DNA of 64,000 bases, from NCBI RefSeq assembly GCF_004010195.1, contig NC_057719.1, forward strand, positions 4,681,708 to 4,745,707, read 5' to 3'. The stretch's first letter is position 1, and every line of letters starts with the position of its first letter. Below the pieces are notes generated by a model, which saw only the letters and a program-made list of their open reading frames with translations, searched no databases and was not told where the DNA came from. Below are positions 13,590 through 24,251 of the stretch, piece by piece. Position numbers and translations under genes: made by a program. The DNA comes from Chiloscyllium plagiosum. Lineage: Eukaryota.

Positions 13590-13893
13590 ATGATTTGGAG
13601 GTGCAGGTATTGGACTGGGGTGTACAAAGTTAAAAATCACACACCAGGTAATAGTACCAACAGGTTTATTTGGAAGCACTAGCTTTCGGAGCATTGCTCC
13701 TTCATCAGGTGGTTGTGGAGTATAAGATTGTAAGACGCAGAATTTATCGCAAAGGTTTAGTGTGATGTAAACTGTAATCACACTGTAAACTTTTGCAATA
13801 AATTCTGCGTCTTACAATCTTATCCTTCACAACCACCTAATGATGAAGTAATGCTCCGAAAGCTAGTGCTTCCAAATAAACCCGTTGGACTAT
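13590..13893. mobile_element. Penelope-derived fold-back insertion (second family), about 115 bp inverted arms
   Basis: Inverted repeat of about 13650-13893; minus-strand core CTGATGA-a-GGAGC-aat-GCTCC-GAAA at about 13685-13709. Confidence 0.7.
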
Positions 13894-13899
13894 AAATTA

Positions 13900-14517
13900 C
13901 ACTTACAAAAAGAGAAAGCCCTCGCAGGGGACTACATGGTGCTGCAATTCAAGCCACTCTTCTCCCCCAGATCAAAGAGTCGCAGAGCCTCAAATTTTGC
14001 CACAAGGGGATTCGACCCCTTTCTCACTTTACTCGTCATGGTATCTTGAACCCCACTTAAACACACAGAACCCGAATCCTAGTGAAACACACAGTTTGAA
14101 CCTCGCTTACACACAGCTTGAACCTCAACACAGTGCCGAGGGCTAGAACCTCAAATTAACCCACCCGGTAGACTCTGACCCCATTACCATGCAGAGGAGT
14201 CGAAACTCAATCAAACCAACCCAAGGGGACTTGAACCCTGTACTGCAAAGAGGATTCAAACCTCAATCACAGCCTCCACCGCCCCACCCCCACCTAAAGC
14301 AGCACAGAGGACTACAACCTGAAACTGTCTGTCTCGAGGAATCTGTACAATAGAGAGAGATTGAACAAGGGGACCAACTCCGGCACAGAGGATAATCGAG
14401 AGGGACCAAGCTTTAAAATCTTGTGGGCCCATCTGTATCAAGACACCAATGTTCTGGGTGCCGCTGATACCGTCTGATCGTAACTATTCGTTTGGATCCT
14501 ACTGACTATGCCAATAT
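13900..14517 (-). mobile_element. ERV internal 5' leader remnant downstream of a 5' LTR
   Basis: Directly follows the LTR and PBS on the minus strand; contains repeated GGTTCRA-type motifs; no gag ORF recognised. Confidence 0.6.
14496..14513 (-). promoter_or_regulatory. Retroviral primer-binding site, tRNA-Ser
   Basis: Minus strand TGGCATAGTCAGTAGGAT, 4 nt after the LTR CA end; 15/18 match to the complement of the vertebrate tRNA-Ser 3' end as recalled (TGGCGTAGTCGGCAGGAT), two of the mismatches at CpG. Confidence 0.8.
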
Positions 14518-15060
14518 TGTTGTCCCATTTCCCCCCCCTCAGTTGAAGCAAAACGCTCATAGAGACAGTGTAGTTTTACCTCTTTCATCTTTATTCCGGG
14601 CCCTGGAGGGAGAGAGAATGATCACCCATGTGTACAGAGGCATGAGTTCATGGTCTTCTCTGGAACAAAAGTTTCTCAATGAACTATATAGTCATTTTAC
14701 AGGGAGGAGCATCCAGATAAGGCAACATACATATTAATTGGATGATTATTGCAATCAACGAGTATCAATAGCAGAGACCAAGCCCTTTACTGTTATACAA
14801 TAAATATTCTTAACCACTAATTGTATTCATTTAATGAATACTTTTCACCTTGTTAACTGATGTTACATACTGAATGCTACCTCATCTTGTTAAATGGTTG
14901 TACGTAATGCATGATTTTCCACCTTGTTGACCCATTACCCTTGCCTGCAGCACCCCATTGTAAACTGTAAGTTCTTATCTGATCTGAGTCATGCTCAGCT
15001 GAAGTCAAAACTCTGAACTTAACTCTATCCCTGTCTGCTTATACTCTATACACATTCTCA
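14518..15060 (-). mobile_element. ERV LTR (5' LTR, copy 1)
   Basis: TG...CA ends; highly similar to 35884-36419 and 54181-54723; minus-strand AATAAA at 14590-14595; adjacent PBS. Confidence 0.85.
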
Positions 15061-16629
15061 CTACCATTATAAGTCCTGCCCTGGCTTGCCTTAGCAAAAT
15101 GCAACATTTCCCATTATCTAAACTAAATTCCATCTGCCATTCCTCAGCCTATTGGCTCATCTGGTTAAGATTCTCTTGTATTCTGACTTAACCTTCACTC
15201 CACTACATCACCAATTTTGGTATCATCTGCAAAATTGCTAACCATAACTTCACATCCAAATCATTCATATCTATATATAATATATATGACAAAAAGCAGT
15301 GGACTCAACACTGATCTTTGTGTCATACTCTTGGTGTTAATTGAGCTTTTCAATTGCCTCTTAAATTTTTTCTTCCTGTCTTGACGTCACTCTGTGCTGG
15401 TTATCACGTGTATAGTTCCTGTTGGCAAATTGTACATTTTCCTCAGGATAGGATGGGATATTGACAATTCTGGCTGGTGGAGCATTTGGTTTAGTAGATG
15501 CTGAACAATCTGAATTTGACAGTGTTCTATTTGTTCCATGCATCTAAATCATTGATATCGACTTTGAACAGCTGGGGCCCAGGCACTGATTGTTGAGATC
15601 TCCTCCAGTCATCCTTTTGATTAGTCCATTTTGGTTCTGTCTAATCCTACCATTATTTTCTAAACATCCAGTTATGTCATCCTTCATTATAGATTCTGAC
15701 AATTTCCTTAGCTTAGTAGTCTGTAGTTTCCCATCCTTTTCTTAACTCGTTGAATTTGCTAGCTTTCAATCCACAAGAAATATTTCAGAATCTATTACAT
15801 TTTGGTAGACATCCATCAGCAAAACAATCTCTGTAGCTACAGATTTCAATACTCTGGGATTTTGTTTGATAAATTCCCTGGACCTGACCATGTTCAGTAT
15901 AGCTTTTTATCACTTGAATATACCTGAAGTAAAATTATCTCTGGTTGTTTCAGAATTATGACTGGCAAATCGTTAATGACTTTGCTGTTAATCAGATCCT
16001 GCCTGCTCTGCGAGGCCAAATTTTTCTTTTAATTGGTATGCCTCATTAGATTATGTAATTCCTAAACTGAAGAAAAGTACCGTGTTAAAGGGTAAATAAA
16101 GTGATGAACAAGTGTTTTTAATCTCATTCGCTGGGGTATTCTTATTCATGAATGCCATGTTCTCCAGTTAAATTAAGGATCTTTTTAATACTACTTCCTA
16201 GTTAATTGTAGGTTCTTTCAGAAAACAGTGCTAATGTCATGAGCACTGGATCCAGCTTTATCTGGCCATTTCAATCAGGGCAATGAAGAATGATATGAGC
16301 AATGAGGAATCATTGTACATGTGTTTGTACAATTTGTATTATTGAACATTGTTCTTACAACCTCAAAGGTTTTTCATTTTCCTGTGGAGTTGTTTATATT
16401 TGTCTGTGTGTGCATCCTGATAGATTGGGAAATGTTAGCAAATTTATTATTACCTGTGAAATTCCTGTAACCATATGTGTGTCTTGCCACATTTGTTATG
16501 AAATAGCTAACAGTAGCTAGGCGTGAAATTAAAACTACAAAATTTTAAAGCTTGCTGTCAGGATTTTGAACTGTGGTTCTTATAATCACTTATTGAATCT
16601 GTACATTATTGTCAATCCAGCATCTATTC

Positions 16630-16957
16630 ATAGAATCCCTACCATGCAGAGAGCCATTCAGCCCAGTGAGTGGCACTAACTCTCTGAAGAACATCCCATC
16701 CACCCCATCCTCGTAATCCCACCTGACATTTTTTACCATGCATAACCCACCTAATCTAAACACTACAGGGCAAGTCTTCACATCGCTAATCTCCCTAACG
16801 TGCACATCTTTGGACCGTGGGCAGAAATAGCAGTACCCGGAGGAAACCCAGGCAAATACATGGAGAATGTACAAACTTCGCACACAGTCACCCAAGGCTG
16901 AAGTCTAACCCAGGTTTCGGTGCTGTCAGGCATCAGTGCGAACCACTGTGCTGCCCA
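16630..16957 (-). mobile_element. HE1-like tRNA-derived SINE (diverged)
   Basis: Minus strand gggcagcacagtggttcgcactg (A box), central gggtttcctccgggtactgc domain, CR1-like tail. Confidence 0.8.
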
Positions 16958-17214
16958 CAAAAACTATTACCCATACTGATTGCATTTGAGCAAGTTAGTA
17001 GCTCCTGCTGCATTCTGTGTGGTGAAGGTAGTACTGCAGGAAGGTTTTTTTGTAAAAAAAAAATAATCTGATTCTAGATAGTGAAGAACAAATAAACTAT
17101 AGATAGTGACTGAGCAGGTCTGGTAGATGGAAGTCTTGTGGGAAAATGAGATGTTGTTCACTTTGACAGGAAGACTCAAAAAGCAGAAATCGAGAATAGC
17201 TGCATAATCCCAAG

Positions 17215-17770
17215 GTGCAGAGGATTCTCGGTGTAGAGGAACTGAATGTGAGAGGAGTAGAACATAAAAATAACATTGTAATACTGCAGTTACACAGAGC
17301 ATCAATGAGATGTTATCGAAAATACTGGGTACAATTTTGGTTCCTTAATTTAAGGAAGGATCTAGATGTTTTGGAGGCGATTCAGAGAATTTTATTAGAT
17401 TGCCACTGGACGGACTGTGCTTTTTTTTCACTGAAGTTTTTTAAAAAAAGGGAGTGACTTGATCAAAATGCATAAGACCCTGGATGGCAAGGTGAATATA
17501 TAAAGAATGTTTCCTCTTGCGGGTCATTGCAGAACTAGGCGCTACTGTTTATAAATGAGCGTGCCCTATTTGGACAAATGAGGAGGAACCTTTTTCAGAT
17601 GTTTGAAACATTGGGGGCAAGTTTATTGAATATTTATAAGGAAGAAGTTGAGTGATTCCCTTACCCAACAAGAATCTAGAGTTATCAAGTTCGATGGAAA
17701 TGTGAAATATGAAACACAGATGAGTCATCATCTTATTGAATGGCACAGCAGGACCTAAGGACCATGAGGA
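17215..17770 (+). mobile_element. Degraded CR1 3' fragment
   Basis: YWVQFWFLNLRKDLDVLEAIQR and decayed 3' UTR. Confidence 0.65.
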
Positions 17771-17924
17771 CGTCAATGATTTTTAAAGAAATGACAGTGC
17801 TGTTGAATGTTAGGGAGGGGCAATTGGTGTCTGCCTTGTTGAAATGGTAATTGTCTGCCACTTGTATGTGATGAACCTTACTGACTACTTACCACCCCAA
17901 ATTTGAATATAGTTAAGGTCTTAC

Positions 17925-18870
17925 ATTAGCGAGTTTTGAGAAGATTTGTAGCTCTGTTTGAGGTTCTGGATGTAGGTTTGGTCGCTGAGCTGGAAGGTTC
18001 ATTTTCAGACATTTCGTCACCATACTAGGTAACATCTTCAGTTACCTCCGGACAAAGCATTGCTGATGATTCCTGCTTTCTATTTATATGTTTGGGTTTG
18101 TTTGCGGTGGTGAAGTCATTTCCTGTTCCCTTTCTCAAGGAATGGTAAATCGGGTCCAAGTTAATGTGTTTGTTGATAGAGTTCCGGTCAGAATGCCATG
18201 CTTCTGGGAATTCTCGTGCATGTCTCTGTTTGGCTCATCCTAGGATGGATATGTTGTCCCAGTCAAAGTGGTGTCCTTCCTCGTCTGTATGTAAGGATAT
18301 TTGTGAGAGAGGGCCATGTCATTTTGAGGCTAGTTGATGTTCATGTATCTTGGTGGCTAATTTTCTGCTTGTTTGTCCAATGTAGCGTTTGTTACAGTCC
18401 TTGCGCGGTACTTTGTAAATGACATTCGTTTTGCTTGTCTGTATAGGATCTTTCAAGTTTATCTGCTGCTGTTTTAGTGTGTTGGTGGATTTGTGGGCTA
18501 CCATGATGCCAAGGACTCTGAGTAGTCTGGCAGTCATTTCAGAGATGTCTTTGATGTAGGGGAGAGTGGCTAGGGTTTCTGGATGTGTTTTGTCTGTTTG
18601 GGTTTGTTGCTGAGAAATCTGCGGACTGTGTTCATTGGGTACTCGTTCTTTTTGAATATACTATATGGGTGATTTTCCTCTGCTCTGCGTAGTTCCTCTG
18701 TGCTGCAGTGTGCAGTGGCACGTTGGAATAATGTTCTGATGCAGCTTCGTTTGTGGATGTTGGGGTGATTGCTTCTGTAGTTGAATATTTGGTCTGTGTG
18801 ATTTCCTGTAGACACTGGTTTGAAGTTCCCCATTGGCTGTTCACTCTACTGTGACATCGAGGAATGGCCT
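17925..18870 (-). mobile_element. Penelope-like element 3' fragment (RT thumb, GIY-YIG endonuclease, terminus)
   Basis: HTDQIFNYRSNHPNIHKRSCIRTLFQRA; NVIYKVPRKDCNKRYIGQTSRKLATKIHEH (GIY-YIG); terminal hammerhead core CTGAAGA-TGTTACC-tagta-TGGTGAC-GAAA at about 18007-18041. Confidence 0.85.
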
Positions 18871-18914
18871 TGATTATCCGGCATTCGATTAATTGAATTT
18901 CTGATTATCCGAAC

Positions 18915-21900
18915 AAAAAACAACAAAGAAAATTTACAGCCCAGGAACAAGCCCTTCAGCCCTTCAAGCCTGAGCCGGACCAAACCCACTGTCTAAACCT
19001 ATCACCCAGTTCCTAAGCATCTGTATCCCTCTGCTCATGTATCTCTCCAGGCGCACCTTGAATGAATCTGCCTCAACTACCTCTGTTGACGACGCATTCC
19101 AGGCACTTACCATTCTCTGTGTAAAGTACTTGCTGCATATATCCCCCTTAAACTTTTCACCTCTCACCTTGAAAGCATGACTTCTCGTTATTGAATCCCT
19201 CACCCTGGGGAAAAAGCTTATCTCTATCTACCCCGTCTATGCCCTTTGTGATTTTGTAGACCTCAATCAGATCCCCTCCTCAATCTTTTTTTTTTCTAAT
19301 GAAAACAATCTCTAACCTATTCAACCTCTCTTCACAGCTAGCACCTTCCATACCATGCAACATCCTCGTAAACCTCTCTGCACCCTCTCCAAAGCTTCCA
19401 CGTCCTTTTGATAATGCGGCGACCCGAAGTGTACACAGTATTTTAAATGCAGCCGAACCCAAGTCTTGTGCAATTTTTACCTGACCTGCCAATACCCTGT
19501 CCGATGAAGGCAAGCATACCGTATGCCTTCTTGACCATTCTATCCACCTGTGCAGCCACCTTCAAGGTACAATGGATCTGTACTCCCAGATCTCTCTGCT
19601 CATCAACTTTTCCAAAGGCTCTTCTGTTTACAGTATAGTTGGCTCTAGAATTAGACTTGACAAAATGCATCACCTCACATTTGCCTGGATTGAACTCCAT
19701 CTGCCACTTCTCCACCCAATTCTCCAGTCTACCTCTATTCTCCTGTATTCTTTAACAGTCCCCTGTGCTTTCTGCTACTCTACCAATCTTCGTGCCGTCT
19801 GCAAACTTGCTGTCATACCGACAGTGCCCTCTTCCAGATCATTTATGTATATGACAAACAACAGTGGCCCGGCAGTGATCCCTGTGGAACACGACTGGTC
19901 ACCGTTCTCCATTTCAAGAAACTCCCTTCAACTACTACTCTCTGTCTCCTGTTGTCAACCACTTCTTTATCCACCTAGCTAGAACATCCTGCACAGCATG
20001 TGACTTCACTTTCTCCATTAGTTTACCATGGGGAACCTTATTAAGCACCTTACTGAAGTCCATATATATGACATCTACAGCCCTTCCTTCGTCTATCACC
20101 TTGGTCACTTCCTCAAACAACTCGATTAAGTTGGTAAGGCACAATTTACCCCGCACAAAACCATGTTGCCTATCACTGATAAGCCCCTTCTTTTCCAAAT
20201 ATAAATAGATTTTATCCTTCAGTACCTTCTCCAGCAACTTTCCAACCATTGACGTCAGGCTCACTGGTCTGTAGCTACCTGGAATATCCCTACTACCCTT
20301 TTACAGGGAGACAACATGAGCAACCTTCCAGTCCTCCCGGCACTTCACCAGTGTTTAAGGATGCTACAAAGATATATGTCAGTGCCCCAACTATTTCCCC
20401 TCTCGCTTCCCTCAGTAACCTGGGATAGATCCTATTGGTCCTGGGGATTTGTCCACCTTAATATCCTCTAGCCAACCCAACACATCTTCCCTCCTTATGT
20501 CAACATGATCCAGAGTAAACAAACTTCTATCTCTAATCTCAGCATTCTTCCATACCTCAGTGAACACTGACGCAAAGTAATCATTGAGAATCTCACCTAT
20601 TTTCTCAGGTTCGACACACAACCTTCCTTCCTGCAACTTCTACCACCTGGCCTGGCTCATTCCCCAATACTAGGTCCAATATGGCCCCTTCCCTTGTCGG
20701 ACGATTGACATACTGCTCACAGCGCCAGAGACCAGGGTTCAATTCCCATCTCAGGCGACTCTGTGTGTGGAGTTTGCACGTTCTTCCCGTGTCTCTGTGG
20801 GTTTTCTCCGGCTGCTCCGGTTTCCTCCCACAATCCAAAAATGTGCAGGTTAGGTGAATTGGCCATGCTAAATTGCCTGTAGTGTTAGGTGAAGGGGTAA
20901 ATGTAGGGGAATGGGTCAGGGTGGGTTGCGCTTCGGCGGGTCGGTGTGGACTTGTTGGGCCGAAGGGCCTGTTTCCACACTGTAAGTAATCTTAAAAAAA
21001 CTCTCCGGGACGCTCCTTATAAATTCTGCCCCATCCAGACCTCTGACACTAAATGTATCCCAATCAATGTTGGGCAAATTAAAATCTCCCATTACCACCA
21101 TCCTTTTGCCTCTACATCTTTCCATAATCTGTTTACCTGTTTGTTCTTCTATCTCATGTACACTGTTCGGAGGCCTGTAATACAGCCCCACCAATGTAAC
21201 TGCACCCTTCTATTTCTCAGCTCCACCCATAATGCCTCACTGTTCATGCCCTCCATAGTGTCCTCCTTTCGCGCAGCCCTTATATTATCCCTGACCAACA
21301 ATGCAACTTCCCCCCCACCCCCCCTTTACTTCCTTCCTTCTCCTGTCTGAAGAATCTATATCCTAGAACATTTAATTGTCAATCATGCCCTTCCTTCAAC
21401 CAAGTGTCTATTTTTGCAATAACGTCATACCCACTGCCTTACCCACTGTATTCCTTACATTAAAGTGTATGCCTTTGAGGTCCTCCTCTTTAACTTCTCT
21501 CCTAGCTCCCTGAATTCTGCTTTCAGGACCTCATCTCATTTTTTTTTACTTATATCCTTGGTGCCTATATGCACCAAGACAGCTGGCTGTTCACCCTCCC
21601 CTTTCAAAATGCTGTGCAGCTAATCAGTGACATCCCTGACTCAAGCACCTGGGAGGCAGCATACCATCTGGGAATCTCGTTTTCAGCCACAGAACTGCCA
21701 ATCTACTCCCCTTACAATAGAATCCCCTGTGAGTATGGCCTTATGAGTCTTTTTCCTGGCCTTATGAACAGCAGTGCCTGTCACAGTGCCATGATCCTGA
21801 CAACTGTTGCCCTCCCCTGATGAGCCATCTCCCCCAACAGTCTCCAGAACTGTATACCTATTTTGAAGGGAGATGACCACAGGGAGCACCTGCACTGCCT

Positions 21901-22460
21901 TCCCAATCTTTCTCTGCCTTTTGGTCACCCATTCAATGTCTCCCTCAACAATTCTAACCTGCAGTGTGACCAATTCACTAAACGTGGTGTCCACGACCTC
22001 CTCAGCATCACAGATTCTCCACATTGAGTCCATCCGCAGCTCCAGAGATGTCATGCAGTCAAACAAGAGCTGCAGCTGGACACACTTCTTGTAAGTGTAA
22101 GAGCCAGGGACACCAGCCATGTCCCTGAGCTCCCACAAAAGGCAAGAGGCACATGCCACAAGTCTGAGGTCCCCTGCCATTGTCCACCTTAGCTTTATAT
22201 CAACTAACTAAAACCAAACAATGGACTTAAATACATGAAAGAAGAAAAAAAAACCTTAGAGTCCTTTTTCTTTTGGTTAGAGGAGAGTGGGCGGGAGGGA
22301 GATAGGTTTACCCTCTGCCCAAACTTATACAAAGACCTTACCTTCCCGGCAACCTCCTTGTCTCCACCGTCACCTCTGTTCTGTCTGCCAATGCTCCCGG
22401 ACAGGAATAAGATCGCAAGGTCCCGATGCTTGGCTAACTGTTATCCAGCATTTGATTAAC
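18915..22460 (-). mobile_element. Near full-length but deleted and stopped CR1 (5' UTR, zinc-finger/esterase ORF1, APE+RT ORF2, 3' UTR)
   Basis: ORF1 LVACASC...KKCVQLQLL and ILTGDSIVRG (SGNH); APE GLYYRPPN, VMGDFN, AILDLVL; RT DVIYMDFSK, FNPGKCEVMHF. Confidence 0.9.
20714..20992 (+). mobile_element. HE1-like SINE (5'-truncated) inserted in CR1
   Basis: B box gggttcaattccc, V-SINE-like central domain, tail gtttccacactgtaagtaatct. Confidence 0.85.
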
Positions 22461-22509
22461 TGGGCAAAATACTCCCCACCTGTATCCTTCGGTTAATCGA
22501 GGTCTGACT

Positions 22510-24250
22510 GTATTCCAAAAGTGGCCTAACCAGTGTCCTCTACAGCTTCAACATAACCTCCCAACTCCTATCCTCAAATCATTGACCAATAAAGGCAAGC
22601 GTACCAAATACCGCCTTCACTACCCTGTCTGGCTGAGACTCTACTTTCATGGAACTGCACTCCAAGCCTGTATTAGACCTTCTAAAATGCATACCTTTGC
22701 ATTTGTCTGGATTAAATTCCATCTTTTATTTCTCTGCCCCCTCAAGCCTCCAGCCATCTATACCCTGCTGTATCCTCTGGCAATCTTCCTCACTATCCAA
22801 AACTCCCCCATTCTTTGTCATCTGCAAACTTACTAATCAGACCATCCACGTTCTCTTCCAAATATATATATACACCTTACAAACAACTGGATCCCAGTGC
22901 TGATCCCTGCAGAACGCCACTGTTCACAGATGTCCAGTCAGAAAAACACTCTTCCACCTCTACTTTCTTTCTTCTGTAAACAAGCCAGTTCTGTATTCAT
23001 CTTGCAAGCTCAACTGCGGCTCCCATGTGACTTCACTATCTGTATCATCCTGCCATGAGGGACCTTGTCCAAGACTTTGCTAAAGTCCATATGGCAACAT
23101 TCTCTGCCCTGTCCTCATCAATCATTTTTGTCACTTCCTCAAAAAGTCAATTAAATTGGTGAGGCACCAACACGTTTGTCACTATCCAGAACAAAGCAGC
23201 CCGCATCCACTCCCTTCACCACTGTTGTATTTTTCTAAATGTGAGTAGATGTTCTCTCTCAGAATTTGTTCCAGTAATTTCTATGCCACTAAAGGAAGGC
23301 TTACTCCCCTGCAATTTTGCAGATTATCCCTGTGGCCCTTCTTAAACAAAGGAACAATATTGGTTATTCTTCAGTCCTCTGGGACCTCACTTTTGACTAA
23401 AAAGAATACAATATTTTCATATAATTGTTATCGTATTGTCAGTTTACCAATCCTTTGGTACTTCTCCAGAATCCAAGGATTTTTGGAAAATTACAATCAA
23501 AGCATCTCTGTAGCTATTTCTTTTAAAATCCTAGGATGTAAGTCATCAGGGCCAATGGGGCGTATTGCCTTTAGGCATATTAGTTTGCCTGAAACTACTT
23601 TTAGCAGTGGTGATTAAGCATTCCATTAACACGAAAGAATATAGTAGAGAAATTAAATACTATTATTACCACTTTTTTTAAAAATTCCACCATAAAGACT
23701 GATTGATTAAATAGGTTTAACTCTTCTGCCTTTCCTTGCTCTCCAAAACTGCCTCCCCAGATGCATATGTCCTCTTTGACTGCTGTCTTCCTGTTTATAT
23801 ATTTAAAGAAGGTATTATTCCTCACTAGTTTTGCTGTCATAATTTATTTTCTCTGTCTTTATTACCTTTTTAGTCCCCTTTTGCTGTATTATAAATTTAA
23901 CCTTGCGCTTATTGTTGACTTCGGTCTCCCCGCATGCTTTATCTTTAAACGGAAGACTCTTTTCAACTTCCTTGATTAGCCATGGTTAGGTTTCTCCCTC
24001 TATTAGAATCTGAATGGGATGCACTTTCGCTGAGAGTCTGAATTATGTCCTGAAATGTCTATCACTGCTGGCTTACTGTCATTCCTGCTAAGCTCTCCGC
24101 CCAGTTCACTTTAGCTAACTGTATCGTAATTTCATTGTAATTCTCTTTATTTAAGTCAGTCATAGTAATTTCTTATCCAAGTTTAATACTCTTGTACTGA
24201 ATATTAAATTCAATCATGTTCTAATCACTGCTTCCTAGAGGATCTTTTAT
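22510..24250 (-). mobile_element. Old degraded CR1 fragments, continuing at about 27631-28500 after the younger CR1 insertion
   Basis: Reverse-complement RT motifs (gtcatctgcaaactt = KFADD); FFKYINRK, KAEELN. Confidence 0.6.
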
Positions 24251-24251
24251 T

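Noticed and set aside
14004..14264. CRISPR-like array or true tRNA cluster
   Set aside because: Eukaryotic context, short degenerate repeats, no cas genes, and no complete tRNA structures.
6990..15060. Single intact provirus spanning the LTR at 14518 to env at 6990
   Set aside because: Same strand, but no gag/pol remnants were recognised between them and no matching 3' LTR follows env, so linkage is unsupported.
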